From Rhynchobatus australiae (lineage: Eukaryota), in the NCBI GenBank assembly GCA_034780895.1, contig JAUZTB010000048.1:27114938-27178937 (forward strand): a stretch of 64,000 bases of DNA. Direction: 5' to 3'. This document shows, in pieces, positions 38,576-51,535 of this stretch. The notes under the pieces were generated by a model. It had not been told where the DNA came from and did no database searches. It saw nothing but the letters and a program-made list of their open reading frames with translations. Within the stretch, counting starts at the first letter, position 1; each line of letters opens with the position of its first letter. The translations under genes and the position numbers were made by a program.

Positions 38576-40627
38576 TTGCCTAGAGTCTTGACTGAATCTA
38601 TACAGATTAGTTCCAATGCAGTACATAATCTTACACGTAATGCAAACCCAATTAAGAAGCTAAACAGAGTTTTTACATGATCAAAACATAATATTAATGC
38701 CCTAGATCAACCCAAATGCATTCAAAATTGAAGCTACACCAATACAAAACAATAAGAGGAATTAATCATTTTCATAATGATGCAGTTGTACATCACCTAG
38801 ATGCCATGACAGCCGAAACTGATCTTACCTTCAGTGCCATTAAATTACAGTGTGGATAATGAGGCCAGATTTTGGTGTCACGTGACACTGAGGCAAGTGG
38901 GATTCATCGTTAGTTTGCATCAAATGCAACTCTGGGCAAATCTATTGGAGATTTTGAAAAGTTGATGTCTAAGATCCGCCACACTGCTGCTTGCCTTCTA
39001 ATTGAAGCACAACATTTGATTTTTTTAAATTTCAAAAATAAACTTTATTCATAATAAAAACTTGCTTTATTTGTGCAATATGGAAAATCTATACAATACA
39101 GAGAAGATAAGTCTTGTCTATCTGTGTCTAAGTCCCCTTTTAACTAGTTAGTGGTGATTCTTCCAATCATTATCATGTTACCACTACCGTTCAGGTTTCA
39201 GGTTTTAATTCAGGTTAAAATTCAGGTTTTAATTTTGTGGAGAGTTTAGGAATGCTATTCTTTTGTTTTCTCAATTTCCTTATTCTCTCAATCCACACTT
39301 TATTTCCCTTTCTAATTCTTTCTCTTCCATATCTGGCATAGAATACAACTGTTCTATTTTACAGTTCCTTCTGAACTCTTGTACTGTTAAGTTCACAATC
39401 CTTTAACCTGAGCAGTTAAGGAACTACATAGTTACTTGGCCTGTTCACTCTGGTACCAAATGCAGTGTTTTCTTTGCTGTTCTATTAGTAGTTTACACAG
39501 AAAACTGACATAATAAAAAATTAAAACTGCAAGGTCAAGACTAGCTAACCTGTAAGTGCTGTTAGATGCCCTGCAGCATCAAAGAAAGACATAATGTAGA
39601 ATAGTTGGTTTGAATTAGTGCTTCCAGCATTGACAGTTACTGTATGAACTTTGCTAATGGAAAGAGAACAGTGGCAAGTTCTAATATACAAGACTTTAAA
39701 AAAAAAATTCTAACCAATTTCTGGTTGAAAATTCCCAAATGGATTGCATTTCTGCAAAAAAAAAAGAACAATCTGTTTTAAGGGATAGATTTCTCACAAG
39801 GTTTGCCAGTCAATGCATGGCATATAAATTTCCATCTGAATCACAGCATTTCCATTCCCAGAGCTGTTACATGCAGCTGTGCCTCTGGGTCAGCCTAATG
39901 AAGGAAGCTGCGGTCTACTGAACTAAACCCTTGTAATAGTATGGTTTAGTCATATCAGCCAACATGTGTATGTCATTTTGTAAATCAGTGCAGCTATTAG
40001 TAGGAAAATGAAGGAGGGAGATGATTCCATGAGCAATGACGCCAGAAAAATCCATCATTTCACTTAAAGTCAGTAGTTTGAATAGATACAGAAGTTCTTG
40101 GTAATTTTAGATTTAAACTTGCAACAAAATCACAGCACTCTATAAATATAATATTGTTAGAATTATTTTATAGGTATCATTTAAGTTCTCCCATCACTTT
40201 GTTATGGTTTGGCCAGTTAAATTGNNNNNNNNNNNNNNNNNNCTTAAAAAGCAGAACAAGATTTTTCTGTTTAAAAACTGTAAAATGACACAAAAGTGAG
40301 GTCACTAAGTTGGCACAAACAATACTTTAGGCAAAGGCAGCTGTCTGGTTAAACACAGACATCCCAAATACTGCTGCCCAACTTTTGCCACACTAATTTT
40401 AACAAAAACGACATATCTTACTGCCAAACAAATACCTGACCAATGTGAAGTTGCCACAACTTACTGGTAGATATAAACTAAACTCCCTCTTAATGAAGTG
40501 ATTAACTGTTGATTACTTGCAAACTACCTAGCTCTGGAAACTAGTTATTAAGAAATGTGGAAAGCTATTTGTTCAGGTGTTGTTGTTGAAGCATTTAAAC
40601 ATGTCAAATATAAAATGGAGCAAAAAC

Positions 40628-40805
40628 AAACTGCTGGAGGAACTCAGTGGGTCAGGCAGCATCTGTAAAGCAGAGGGATAGTTGATGTTTCGGGTCAAGA
40701 TCCCGCATTAGCACCCGTGCCTATCCTTCTGCCTCCGCAGATGCTGCCTGACCTGCTGAGATCCTCCAGCAGTTTTTGCTCCAGATTCCAGCATCTGCAG
40801 TCTCA
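40628..40805. mobile_element. Penelope-like fold-back repeat
   Basis: aaactgctggaggaactcagtgggtcaggcagcatctg pairs with cagatgctgcctgacctgctgagatcctccagcagttt. Confidence 0.7.
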
Positions 40806-43800
40806 TTTCTCAAATATAAAATGGAAATTATCCTTAAGCTTGTCCTTTGTTTCTTATGCTCTCTCTTTCTGAATCTACTCTTTCCTTCTCTTTATTTCCC
40901 TTCCCATTCTTGATTTGTCATTGAATTCAACCATTCTAATCAACACCATCTTTGGGGCCTTTGAGCTGTTTATTTTGCAGTCCTTCAATCTGATTGCTAA
41001 GTGCATGCAGTTATTAGCTGTGATCACTCAGATCTCAGTTAACTCAAACTTCTGTGTCACTATAGCTTGTACTTTCAGCAAATCGCCAAACAATAATTTA
41101 AAAGTTCCGAACATGGTAAATCTAACTAATTGGAAACACCATTGGGTGCCGTTTCATAGCAAAGCCATTGAATCAGTATCATTGTGATGTAACAGCAATA
41201 TGATAATATTCACAATTTATTTTTCTAAATGATCCACAGAGCTAGTAGAAGACTTTACTAAATTACACTTTAAAGTGAGTGTCAATTATCATCAGTTTTA
41301 TCCAATTTCACATTTTTCATTTGCAATGAGATTTTGTTATATATTCATTAACCTTATAAAGCTACATTAATATTCTGTTTAAACGGGTTAATTTCTCATT
41401 ATTTAGTTGCAAATCAATTTTTTTTTGGGTTGTTTATAAATTCTCAATTTAGCAGATTTTGTCTACATTGAAAAGAGTGGTCAAGTAGGAATTCCTTGCT
41501 CTGAAGTGCTTTGGGATGCTCCGAGGATATGATGAGTCATTTGTAGATTCAGAAATTCCTTCCAGAAATAACTTCTGGCAATGTTAGTGAACAGTATTTA
41601 ATAGCATTATGCAACATTCGTCTACTTGCTACTTAAGGGAGAATAGAATGTTGCACAAATGCACTGTACATTCACCCACTGAAATCACCATGTCATTTTT
41701 AACTAAAGATATCCGTAGAAAGTCACTGAAAGGAATTAGTCAAATACTTAATCTGCACACACACTTTTTAAAGAAACAATGTGCAGCTCAGTGTTTTCCT
41801 GTCTGCCTCAGTTTACCTTCAGGAGAAACAGGAAAAAAGAACATTTGANNNNNNNNNNNNNNNNNNNNNNNNNNNNNNNNNNNNNNNNNNNNNNNNNNNN
41901 NNNNNNNNNNNNNNNNNNNNNNNNNNNNNNNNNNNNNNNNNNNNNNNNNNNNNNNNNNNNNNNNNNNNNNNNNNNNNNNNNNNNNNNNNNNNNNNNNNNN
42001 NNNNNNNNNNNNNNNNNNNNNNNNNNNNNNNNNNNNNNNNNNNNNNNNNNNNNNNNNNNNNNNNNNNNNNNNNNNNNNNNNNNNNNNNNNNNNNNNNNNN
42101 NNNNNNNNNNNNNNNNNNNNNNNNNNNNNNNNNNNNNNNNNNNNNNNNNNNNNNNNNNNNNNNNNNNNNNNNNNNNNNNNNNNNNNNNNNNNNNNNNNNN
42201 NNNNNNNNNNNNNNNNNNNNNNNNNNNNNNNNNNNNNNNNNNNNNNNNNNNNNNNNNNNNNNAAGCCCAAAATATACAATTAAAATGTAATTATAGACTA
42301 AAATGAAAGAGTGATAGTTGTATTATTGAAGTAATAATTCAGAGGACACATTTGAACCCAACCATACTAGTGAAATAGTTGTTTAGGGAAGGAAATCTGC
42401 AAATTTTACTCGATTACATACAAAAGTGATTCTTGTCCCAAACTGACTATCATTAAGTGATCTCCCAAGTAAAAATATTAATCCAGGACAACTAGATATG
42501 CAGTAGAGGGGCCAGTAACATTTACTTTGAGAATCGAGGAAAAATGATGGACAGCAAATAGGAGACATATAAAAAAATGCCTTGGGGCTCATTTATCAAA
42601 ATGGAAACAACTGCTTACAATAAAACAGTATCTCAGATCCACTGAGAAGAATGCTTCTTCTGCATTCATTTTCTGCAGTCAGGAAAAAGTGAAGACCAGA
42701 CCATTGTGCAGGTTGCACCTTGAGATTAGGAAATGATGCAAGTAAGAATTGTATCAAGTTTTATGCTTAAACCATAATTTCATATAGAAGTGTCAAAAGA
42801 GATATAATGGCCTCTACGTGACTGGAGATTTATTTCTACTCTAAAGCCTTGAGATTCGAACATCTATTATCAGTAATAATATCTGCCAGTACTATGGACT
42901 AGTGGCTTTCCCAATTATAGTTACAACTAGTCAAACGTGAGGTTCTGCATAGGAATGACTCAACATCTAGTGGGTAATTTTCAAAGCTCACGGTAACGGC
43001 AGGCAAGCTTGTCCACTAGCTGTGCATACCAGGATATCTGACTCTTACAAAGCACATTTACTGATCCTTCTCTGTTGAAGGGTACGCATAGGATCACTTT
43101 GATCATTAACAGAGACCCTGGACATGTGCCATAAATCTTTGGCACACAAACTGATAGCCTGCTATCATAAATAAAGCTATAAATCAACAATCCCAGCACG
43201 ATAATGTGGGTAGTTTATCTTAAAATGGACAATCCAAGTTACTCTTCAAGAGGATAAGGAGCTGAAAACTTCCTGGCCTTGAGAACTCCAGCAACGGCTT
43301 AGAAATTTGGCTGACCCACTCTAACTATACAGCTTAATTTACTCCCAGTTATTCCAGGGAGAACCTGTTACATATTAGTCATTTTAACACACACTGCTAC
43401 ATGAAACACAGTTTTAGCAGTGATGCCATATGAAAGACTCAGTTACATTTTATCCATCTCAATTCAGATCCACGTTACCAATTACAAGATGCTTAAATCT
43501 GGAAAGTCTTTGATAAACAGATCATTAGGCTTGCACAAACAATGGCACACCTCCAAGGTACATTCTGGTTATTCATACGTAGGAGGCTATAATGTATTAT
43601 GGCTGTTTTTAAGTTGATCACAAATCTCTCCTTACCATCCCAACTTCTGTTTTAAAGCTGCCTTTAAAAATAATTACGACAGCTATCAATTACACACATG
43701 CTTGATTTTCAGAATTACGTTTATTTGAATGAACTCTTGCTCAATTAAGAAAGACACTATTTCTGTTTCCCACCTTACTAATTTCCTGTTATCAAAGTAA

Positions 43801-43992
43801 AGTCTCCAATAAGTAGTAAATTGACAGATTTAAATCAAAACAAATGCGAGCACAAATGTTCCTTAATGTTATTTGCATTATAAAACAAGAGTGCAGTCAT
43901 CTTGTGATTATTGACATTGAGTGCAACAATGATTATGGCTGGCTGCCAACACAGTACAAGTAGCTGAAAGAGTACTTTCAATCTCTGCTTAC

Positions 43993-44160
43993 CTGTGCAA
44001 CACGACTTTTGAGTTCCACCCTTTCTATTTCCCAGGCTGATTTGGCATTTGCAAACTGTAGCTGAAGCTCATTTGTTCTCCTTCTTTCTTCTTTTAATTC
44101 TGTGCACAGGTCTTTTAAAATCATTTTAATGTCTCCTACAACTCTATTGTATTCATTTGA
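43993..44160 (-). CDS. SOGA1: SOGA1 coding exon (56 codons)
   Basis: ttccag|TCA...CAG|gtaagc. SNEYNRVVGDIKMILKDLCTELKEERR...AKSAWEIERVELKSRVAQ. Confidence 0.92.
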
Positions 44161-45167
44161 CTGGAAAATATAAAGATCAGCCAAAAATATTATTTCTGTT
44201 AAACAAACTAATCATCCTTGCTAGAATGTACATAATCTTTCGAGCTGACAATGCTCAGCCTTACAACTATGAATCAACTGAATAAAGTAGAAAAACCTGT
44301 AGCAGAACTGCATGTTAGCATAATAAATGTTAATATGAATATTAGGAAATAATGGTTGCCTTTATCAAACTGAATGACCTGACAAGCACACTCAGTGTTG
44401 GAAAAATAACTTAATAAGCAATAGGTAGTTGGAATTGTAGNNNNNNNNNNNNNNNNNNNNNNNNNNATACTTCCCTTCATTTTTGTTTGGACTTTCTGAA
44501 AACTTAAATTTTATGTGTCTAAAGTCACCCAGGAGCTGCAATAAAGCAAACTACCAAAAGGTTGGAAAACAAAACTGTACTTACTAGTCTATTACGACAG
44601 CAACTGAACTTCACTGCATAAAAGCCAGAAGCTGGCTCATGGAATCCAAATTTAAGAAATGAGCAATAGTTATTGTGGAGTACTTCTGAAACATTAGTGA
44701 ATTCACTAACACTCTCAGGAATCAATGGCTCATCCCCTATTCTTTCTGGACCATACAATTTATATACATTAATAAGCTTGCTGATGACATTGATAAGTAG
44801 GACAAAGAGGCAGTGCTAAAGGATACCCAAAACAATTTATACCTTTTATCAAATGATAAAATAAATTTGTCAACACATCAACAAATTAGTCATCCAACTA
44901 CAGTGAAATCATATATATGCTATAATAATTCCAGCACCCCGTGGTTTCAAAACACTTAAAATAATTACAGTTAATGCTTATATTATACTATATCAAAATT
45001 GGAATGGTAGTAACATATAATTGCTACCTCAGTAAAAAAAAGAGGGTCAAACCCACTTGAGTTTATAATTGAGATGAACCCAGTATGTACTTAATATTTA
45101 ATTTTGGTTAGCGCACATGACAGCAAATATTCCTTTGCATTGTGATAACTGACTATTACTGATGTAC

Positions 45168-45332
45168 CTGCTTTGGATGTGATGCAAGGACAGATTTTTC
45201 CACTGGAAGAGTCAAAGCCTCCTCCAAGGTTTTCTGAGACTGATCATCTGTTGTCACTGTCTTATTGTCCACTTGGCGAGGGGTCAGCTCCTCTTCTTCA
45301 ATCAGCAAATATAAATCTTTCACACTGTTAAC
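45168..45332 (-). CDS. SOGA1: SOGA1 coding exon (55 codons)
   Basis: tttggcag|GTT...CAG|gtacat. VNSVKDLYLLIEEEE...DNK...SHPKQ, phase 0-0. Confidence 0.87.
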
Positions 45333-45867
45333 CTGCCAAACACATTGAAGCACAGGGATTGTTTGACAGAACTGCACAAAGGACATGAATCACACAGCAC
45401 AGTGCACTGTGACACATTGACAATGGCCGTTAATCTTTTGCCATAGTATACAAATATACTAACAATCAATTTTAAAATGAATGGAGCACACAGCTTAAAA
45501 AGAGGGCAACCTTCTGACTTTGTTCCTCAGTGGTGAAATGCTCTTGCCAAAATTAATCAAGGACTTTAATGTGCAAAATTATTTACCCATTTTTTTGTCA
45601 GAAATCTGTTCATTATGCTCATAGAACTTTTGTGCCCTCTTTCAGTAGAAGTCCCTTAATAGGAGCACAGTTCCTTCCACTTATTGTTTGTTCAATCTGC
45701 TACATGCAGACTATGAACTCACTACGTTTCCCTGTAATTCACTAAGATTTAATTTGTGTACCCATTTATTTCCCTGATAATTAGATAAACCAAAGTAACT
45801 GTATATCAATANNNNNNNNNNTGGATTCAGATTTTCAAAAAGGTTTTTAAGATTTGAAATAATGCAC

Positions 45868-46098
45868 CTCTAGTAAATCATCCCCATCATTATCCATCTT
45901 CTTGCCACATTTCCAGTGTTTCAGGAACCATTTCAGCTTCATATAAAGCAGGAAGAGGTTTTGCTTGAACTGATCAGCTTCCTTCACAAACAAGTTTTTC
46001 TCCTGGCTCCAGAATTTCTGCTCAAGTTTGGTCTGCAAATTCAGGCTCTGCAGCTCAAAATCTCTTCGCACAAGTGCCTTTTGTTGCTCCTCCTTAAG
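45868..46098 (-). CDS. SOGA1: SOGA1 coding exon (77 codons)
   Basis: ccatag|CTT...GAG|gtgcat. LKEEQQKALVRRDFELQSLNLQTKLEQKFWSQEKN...KLKWFLKHW...GDDLLE. Confidence 0.92.
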
Positions 46099-46454
46099 CT
46101 ATGGAAGGAATCATTGAAAACAGAAAAGCTTTAATCAGAATAATAGTGAAAGCAACCATCTAGGTGTTTCCTATCAGCAACTCACATTGTTTCATTATGG
46201 TTCATTGCACACTTGTGTGCAGCATACAAAACAGATTTTATAGCTGATTAGCTCTATTAGTCTCGTTGAATTCCTGAAGTTCAAAAAGAAAACAAGATCA
46301 TAAATATGTCTTTCCTGTTTCACATTTTGGATATCTAGATAACAGAGATTAGTCCAACCCTCTTTCTTGGACAGAAGGAATATGAACTGAATGGATTTCC
46401 CTGTGCTACAAATTTTGGTGATACTATACTGTTGAATTTGAGCTGTGATTTTCT

Positions 46455-46760
46455 TTTATTCATTTATGGGATGTGCACTTTGTATTGCCCATCTTTAACA
46501 AGCTAGGCCATTGTTCAGAGGATAGTTAGGAGTCAACCACATTGCTGGCATCCAAGGTCAAGTAGCTGCCAAGCTGAGAAAGGACTGTCGGTTTTCTTCC
46601 CTACAGAACATTAATAAATAATCTAGGGCTGCACAGCCATGAATATTGATATGTTTTTTTTTAATTCTTCCAGATTTATCTGCTTGAATTGAAATATTCA
46701 AGTCACATTAGGGTTTTCAACACTTGGTCGCCAGTCCTGTAACCTAACCACCACACCACG
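46455..46760 (-). mobile_element. SINE related to 4900-5200
   Basis: Shared ggccattgttcagaggatagttaggagtcaaccacattgctg and ttcttccctacagaacatta segments. Confidence 0.55.
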
Positions 46761-46789
46761 TTGCTCTATCTAAATGTGATGTACAACTT

Positions 46790-47170
46790 CACCAGAAAAT
46801 GGCCCCTCAAGCCTGCCTGCCACTCAAGATGATCTTGGCTGATCTGCCCAGGCCTCAGTTCCTCTTCTGCACCTCAATTATTTCAAAAATGTATCCACCT
46901 TCTCTTTAAATATTTCCATTGATCTAGCCTTCATAACTCTCCAGGGTGAGAATTCTGAAGATTCACTCTGCTCTGCAAAAATAAATTCCTATGCACCTCA
47001 GTTTTAAATGACAACCCCTCATCTTGTCATAATGTACCCTTGTTCGAGAATTGCCTGCTAGTCTATCCTGCCACGCTTCACTTAGGATCTTACATGTTTC
47101 AATAAGAACATCCCTCATTTTCCTAAACTCCTAAAGAATACAGATCCAACTTCTGCTGCTCATAATAGGG
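46790..47170 (-). mobile_element. Old CR1 3' fragment
   Basis: ggcccctcaagcctgc...aagatgatcttggctgatct...tgtttcaataagaacatccctcatt. Confidence 0.55.
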
Positions 47171-47759
47171 CAGCAAGGCTCTGCCAAAGGCTGCCTGTAA
47201 TTGTAGAATAGGAACGTTAGCAAGACAAGCCTAAATTGATTAATTAAATGGTTCCTGATACACTGGAAATCTGGCAAGAAGGTGGATAATGATGGGGGTG
47301 ATTTACTGGAGGTGCATTATTCAAAATTTTAAAAACAACCAAATACCATAAGTTTGCATTGCTTCTCCCTGAAGACCTGATTGCTCAAAATCTGAAAACA
47401 CATGAATAATATTTGTTTTACTGGTTTTCTTTCTTGTCTCATTGTTTAATGGATGCTGGCAGCCCAATGGAACTTCAATTAAATGTCCATTCTTTGCAAG
47501 TGGACTACTACGATGAGTAAATTAAGGCTGTGGGACTACGTGCCAGAATCCATGTGTGGAGATGCATAATCGAGGAATCGCAATCAGAAGCTAGTTCAGC
47601 TTTGCTATAGGCAAGTTTAGCATCTTTAATGTGACTCTAACAGAGCAATTAAATTTTCANNNNNNNNNNNNNNNNNNNNNNNNNNNNNNNNNNNNNNNNN
47701 NNNNNNNNNNNNNNNNNNNNNNNNNNNNNNNNNNNNNNNNNNNNNNNNNNNNNNNNNNN

Positions 47760-48062
47760 AAGCTAGCCAAACTGCTACCTCACAACTCCAGTGACCCAGG
47801 TTTAATTTTCATGCTGTGTGTGGAGTTTGCATACTCTCCCTGTGAATGAATGGGTTTCCGTCCGCTACTCCAGTTTGCAGGGAAGTTGGTAGGTTAATTG
47901 CCCACTGTAAATTGCCCCTAGTGAGTGGTGGAATCCAGGGATAGTTAATAGGAATGTGGGGATAACAAAATAAGATTTGTATAGGATTCATGTCAATAGG
48001 TGTTTGATGATGGTGGGCTAAAGGGTCTGCTTCTATGCTGCTTGACTCAATGGCTCTGTAAC
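47760..48062 (+). mobile_element. V-SINE with CR1-like tail
   Basis: ctccagtgacccaggttt...gtggagtttgcatactctccctgtga...aaagggtctgcttctatgctg. Confidence 0.7.
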
Positions 48063-49510
48063 AACATATTGGAAATGGATTTTGAGGACTGGTCAGCAGC
48101 ATCCTAAATAGAACAAAAACTAGATAAAGTATTAAGACATGATGACAGAGTAAAGGAGTACAGACAAACTAATAGGCAACAAGCTTATACCTGAAAGTAT
48201 TTGATTATACAAAAGCTACCTAATATTTGGAACAGACATTTGGTCAATGAAAGCAAGACTAAATACTCAAGAGCAATTTGGTATGGTGGGCAGAATTGAT
48301 TTTTAAGTAAACATGAGCCAAATGACATTACTTATCCATATTTGTTACTTTTACTTTACAATAGCATTGAAGAGACCAAACTATGATCACTGCATATTCA
48401 CCGACTTCCAGTCCATTAGCAGAAAAAGGGTCAAGTTTTCCTAAAGTGCAGTCCAACTTTCTAAACTAAATGCTTAATTATAAACAGATCTCAATTGATG
48501 CAGAAATCTCGAGTGNNNNNNNNNNNNNNNNNNNNNNNNNNNCAAGGATTCTCTGCATTCTCTCAACTGGCCATCTGTGCCTTGGCTCCATTTGCTGGAA
48601 AATATCATTGCTGCGTCAGGGCCCTACAGTGCTCCTTATTATACATACAATAAAAGAAACCAAAACTTGAAACTGTGACTTAAGATTTTCATCTTAATCA
48701 AACTTTAACCCCTGCTTTTATAACAACAGATTTCTAGCAACACCATGCTGTGTTCAATGAAAGAATCTTATGCTGGAAAATATGGCAGTATATACTCCAA
48801 CCAAAGTGTGATTTTCCAAGATTTCTTCTGTAAAACTGGAGTGCAATGGCTAAACCCATTTTAGACTAAAAATCTTACTTCCTAAGAAATGTTGGTGTAT
48901 TTTGTGCTGCAAGTTCCTAGTCCAAACATCATTTTGGAGAGAATCTTGCTGGATAATTCTACATGAAAAAGAAAGTTATGTCCACCACGTTACCCAAATT
49001 AAAGGCTTACTGCCGGCATTAAGCAAAATATATGCATGACATGACCAACAACGGCATGCTGATAAAGTCCAATTGTCTCCCATTTTCTAGTTGGGATAAG
49101 GATTTTTACTGCTTGGATTCCCTTACTAACAGACATTTCCACTGTTTGTCATGGTGTTCTCTGTCTGCCTCTTTCAGTCTCCCTCTCTTCCTCCTGTGGG
49201 AAACCTACAGAATGATGGTTGGAAAGCATTCAATTTGTGCTTTTGCTCATTCCACAAGTGAAATCCTGTGAGAAAAGCATTGTCTTGAATAGATGTTTAA
49301 ATGATTTATGACAATTTCCCTGAACACATTGTGTTACCTATTTATTTCCATGTGAGATAATTGGTTAAAATGAATTACTAAACTCCTCTAGAATTTGAAC
49401 TGCTGTAATAAACTACGCAAATAATTATTTTCTTCAGTGTCTTTTATGGATTTCACCGTACAAATCAAAATTTCTATCACGTGCATTCAAAGAGCTCTTC
49501 TCAAACTGAC

Positions 49511-49636
49511 CTGTGACATTTTCTGTTGAAATCTTTCTGCGTCCTCATTCCGAAGCTCCCTTTCCTGAGCAAGCTGTTCCTGCAGTCCTCGGATAGTTTC
49601 CTTGGCTTCAGATAAATCAAGCTGGAGTTCCTTGAC
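49511..49636 (-). CDS. SOGA1: SOGA1 coding exon (42 codons)
   Basis: aactag|GTC...CAG|gtcagt. VKELQLDLSEAKETIRGLQEQLAQERELRNEDAERFQQKMSQ; this frame is not the one shown in the ORF track. Confidence 0.9.
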
Positions 49637-50769
49637 CTAGTTAAATAAGAAATCAAGGTGAGCGAATAGGGCCGCAAGGAATTTTTTTCAATCATCTTCC
49701 TTTCTCTCTCCAATTTTATTATACTATCACTTAACTTTTCTTAGCTGACTAGACAGGCTACTGTTGGCTATGATATTGTCACAGGCACTACTGTGNNNNN
49801 NNNNNAGACAGGTTTCATTAAAATACTGAAATTAAAATTAAATTGCCTGTACCGAGATGAAATTTCACATTTAATGACCAGCTGAAAACCAATGCTCCTG
49901 CAGCAAAGGTAGATAAAAAAAATTTTCAACACGCCCCCTTTGAACATTCAGTGTGATGAAGAATGGAGAACAAGATACATCTAAACAATTCCCTGAAAAA
50001 GATCATGAAATGGCACTTGTGCTGCAAGTTCACTTCTTTGATTTTCGCTTTAAATGTCGATCTTTATGGAGTTTTGATTCTGATTTAGGAAAGAGCTATT
50101 CTTTTACTTCTCATCTCTTAGAGCTGCATTTCTGCGACCACAATTCAAACCTCTCAGCTTTCCTTCCTGACAGCAACTGTTAGTGATGTGATGAGGATTT
50201 GAGGACAGATGAGAGCAGGTCTGATTACACCAGAAGTGCAATTCAATACTCCCAACCTCTCTGAAGTCCAGTTGCAACATAGAAGCTTGACAGCATCAAG
50301 GACAAAGTAACTACTTGGTGCATCAGGACTTGTATTATCTACATATGAAGTAGAGTAACATGCCAAGTTTACTGTGACATTATCTTTTTTACCACTGAAA
50401 AACACTAGAACAGTAACATTATGGAAATGCCATTGCACTTAAATTACTTTCCAACTGTTCTATGTCGCAATTCCTTTATTATTTATGGGCCAATATCTGT
50501 AATTCACAACCTAGTACCAACATCATCTAAAATTGCTCATGGGGAAGGCTCATCATTACCATCTCAAGAGAATTAGGGATAGGCATTATATCTGGGTACA
50601 CACAAGATGATAATGTTTCAGTTGCTCCACTTCAGCAGGGAGATGCCTTGTCCATCAGCGTGACCTTCTCTTGGCTTTTGTGAAGATGCCTGGAAGGGTT
50701 ATTCCAAGCCACTTCAAACATCAATATGGTATCAGTCAATCAATACTGCAACAATGCATACAATAGGTG

Positions 50770-50960
50770 CAGTTACCCTCAAATTTCCTACCACATCCCA
50801 GAGGACCACTGTAAATTGCCCATAATGTGTAGATGTGGAGTAAAATCTGGGGGAGTTGACGAGATTGTGGGAAGAACAAAAAAATGGGATTAATGTAGAT
50901 GAGCATTTCAAGGTCAGCCTGGTCGAGGTGAGCCAATTTCCATGCTGTATGACTCTATAG
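50770..50960 (+). mobile_element. Partial V-SINE
   Basis: ccacatccca...ccactgtaaattgccc...tttccatgctgtatgactctat. Confidence 0.55.
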
Positions 50961-50974
50961 GAGTCATATACACG

Positions 50975-51535
50975 TGTTGTGAAACAGGTTCGAGGTCTCA
51001 GAGGCAAGGACTCTGAACACTGTCTTAGAGGTAAATGATTTATTTACAAAAGACAAACGCAGGGAAGTGGTAATGGGAACAACACACACGCACACAGTTT
51101 ATAGCGAGCGTGGGAAAATCGCAACAAGGCTAGAATACACACACAACGAACCAGGTACAGACAATCAACGTGAAACAATATGATACCTGCCACCCCTTGA
51201 CTCAGTGCAGGCACGGCTCTATGCTACCAGGGATACTAAATAAGATGCCCCCCAACCCTTAAAACAATGCAAATCTCTCCAATGATTTCTCCAGCGCTGT
51301 TTCACAGTTCCTCGGCCTGGGACAAAGCAGGGTGAATCCCTTGGAGACAAAGAGACCGAGCCAAGCACATGTGGCATAGTGCTGGAGGGCTGGTGGGGGG
51401 GTCCAGCCCAGGTAATTATAAAAGGCCAATGGCCAGCTGTGTGCTGATGGGTGGGGCCAAACCTTGATTGGCAGTGGTGTGTCTTCCGACCAGGTAGGGA
51501 CAGTGCTGTCACATGACAGCCATGACCCTACACAA
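50975..51535 (-). mobile_element. Putative solo LTR
   Basis: TG...CA termini; on the minus strand, in order: CCAAT (~51470), TATA-like (~51420), AATAAA (~51040). No convincing TSD. Confidence 0.45.
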
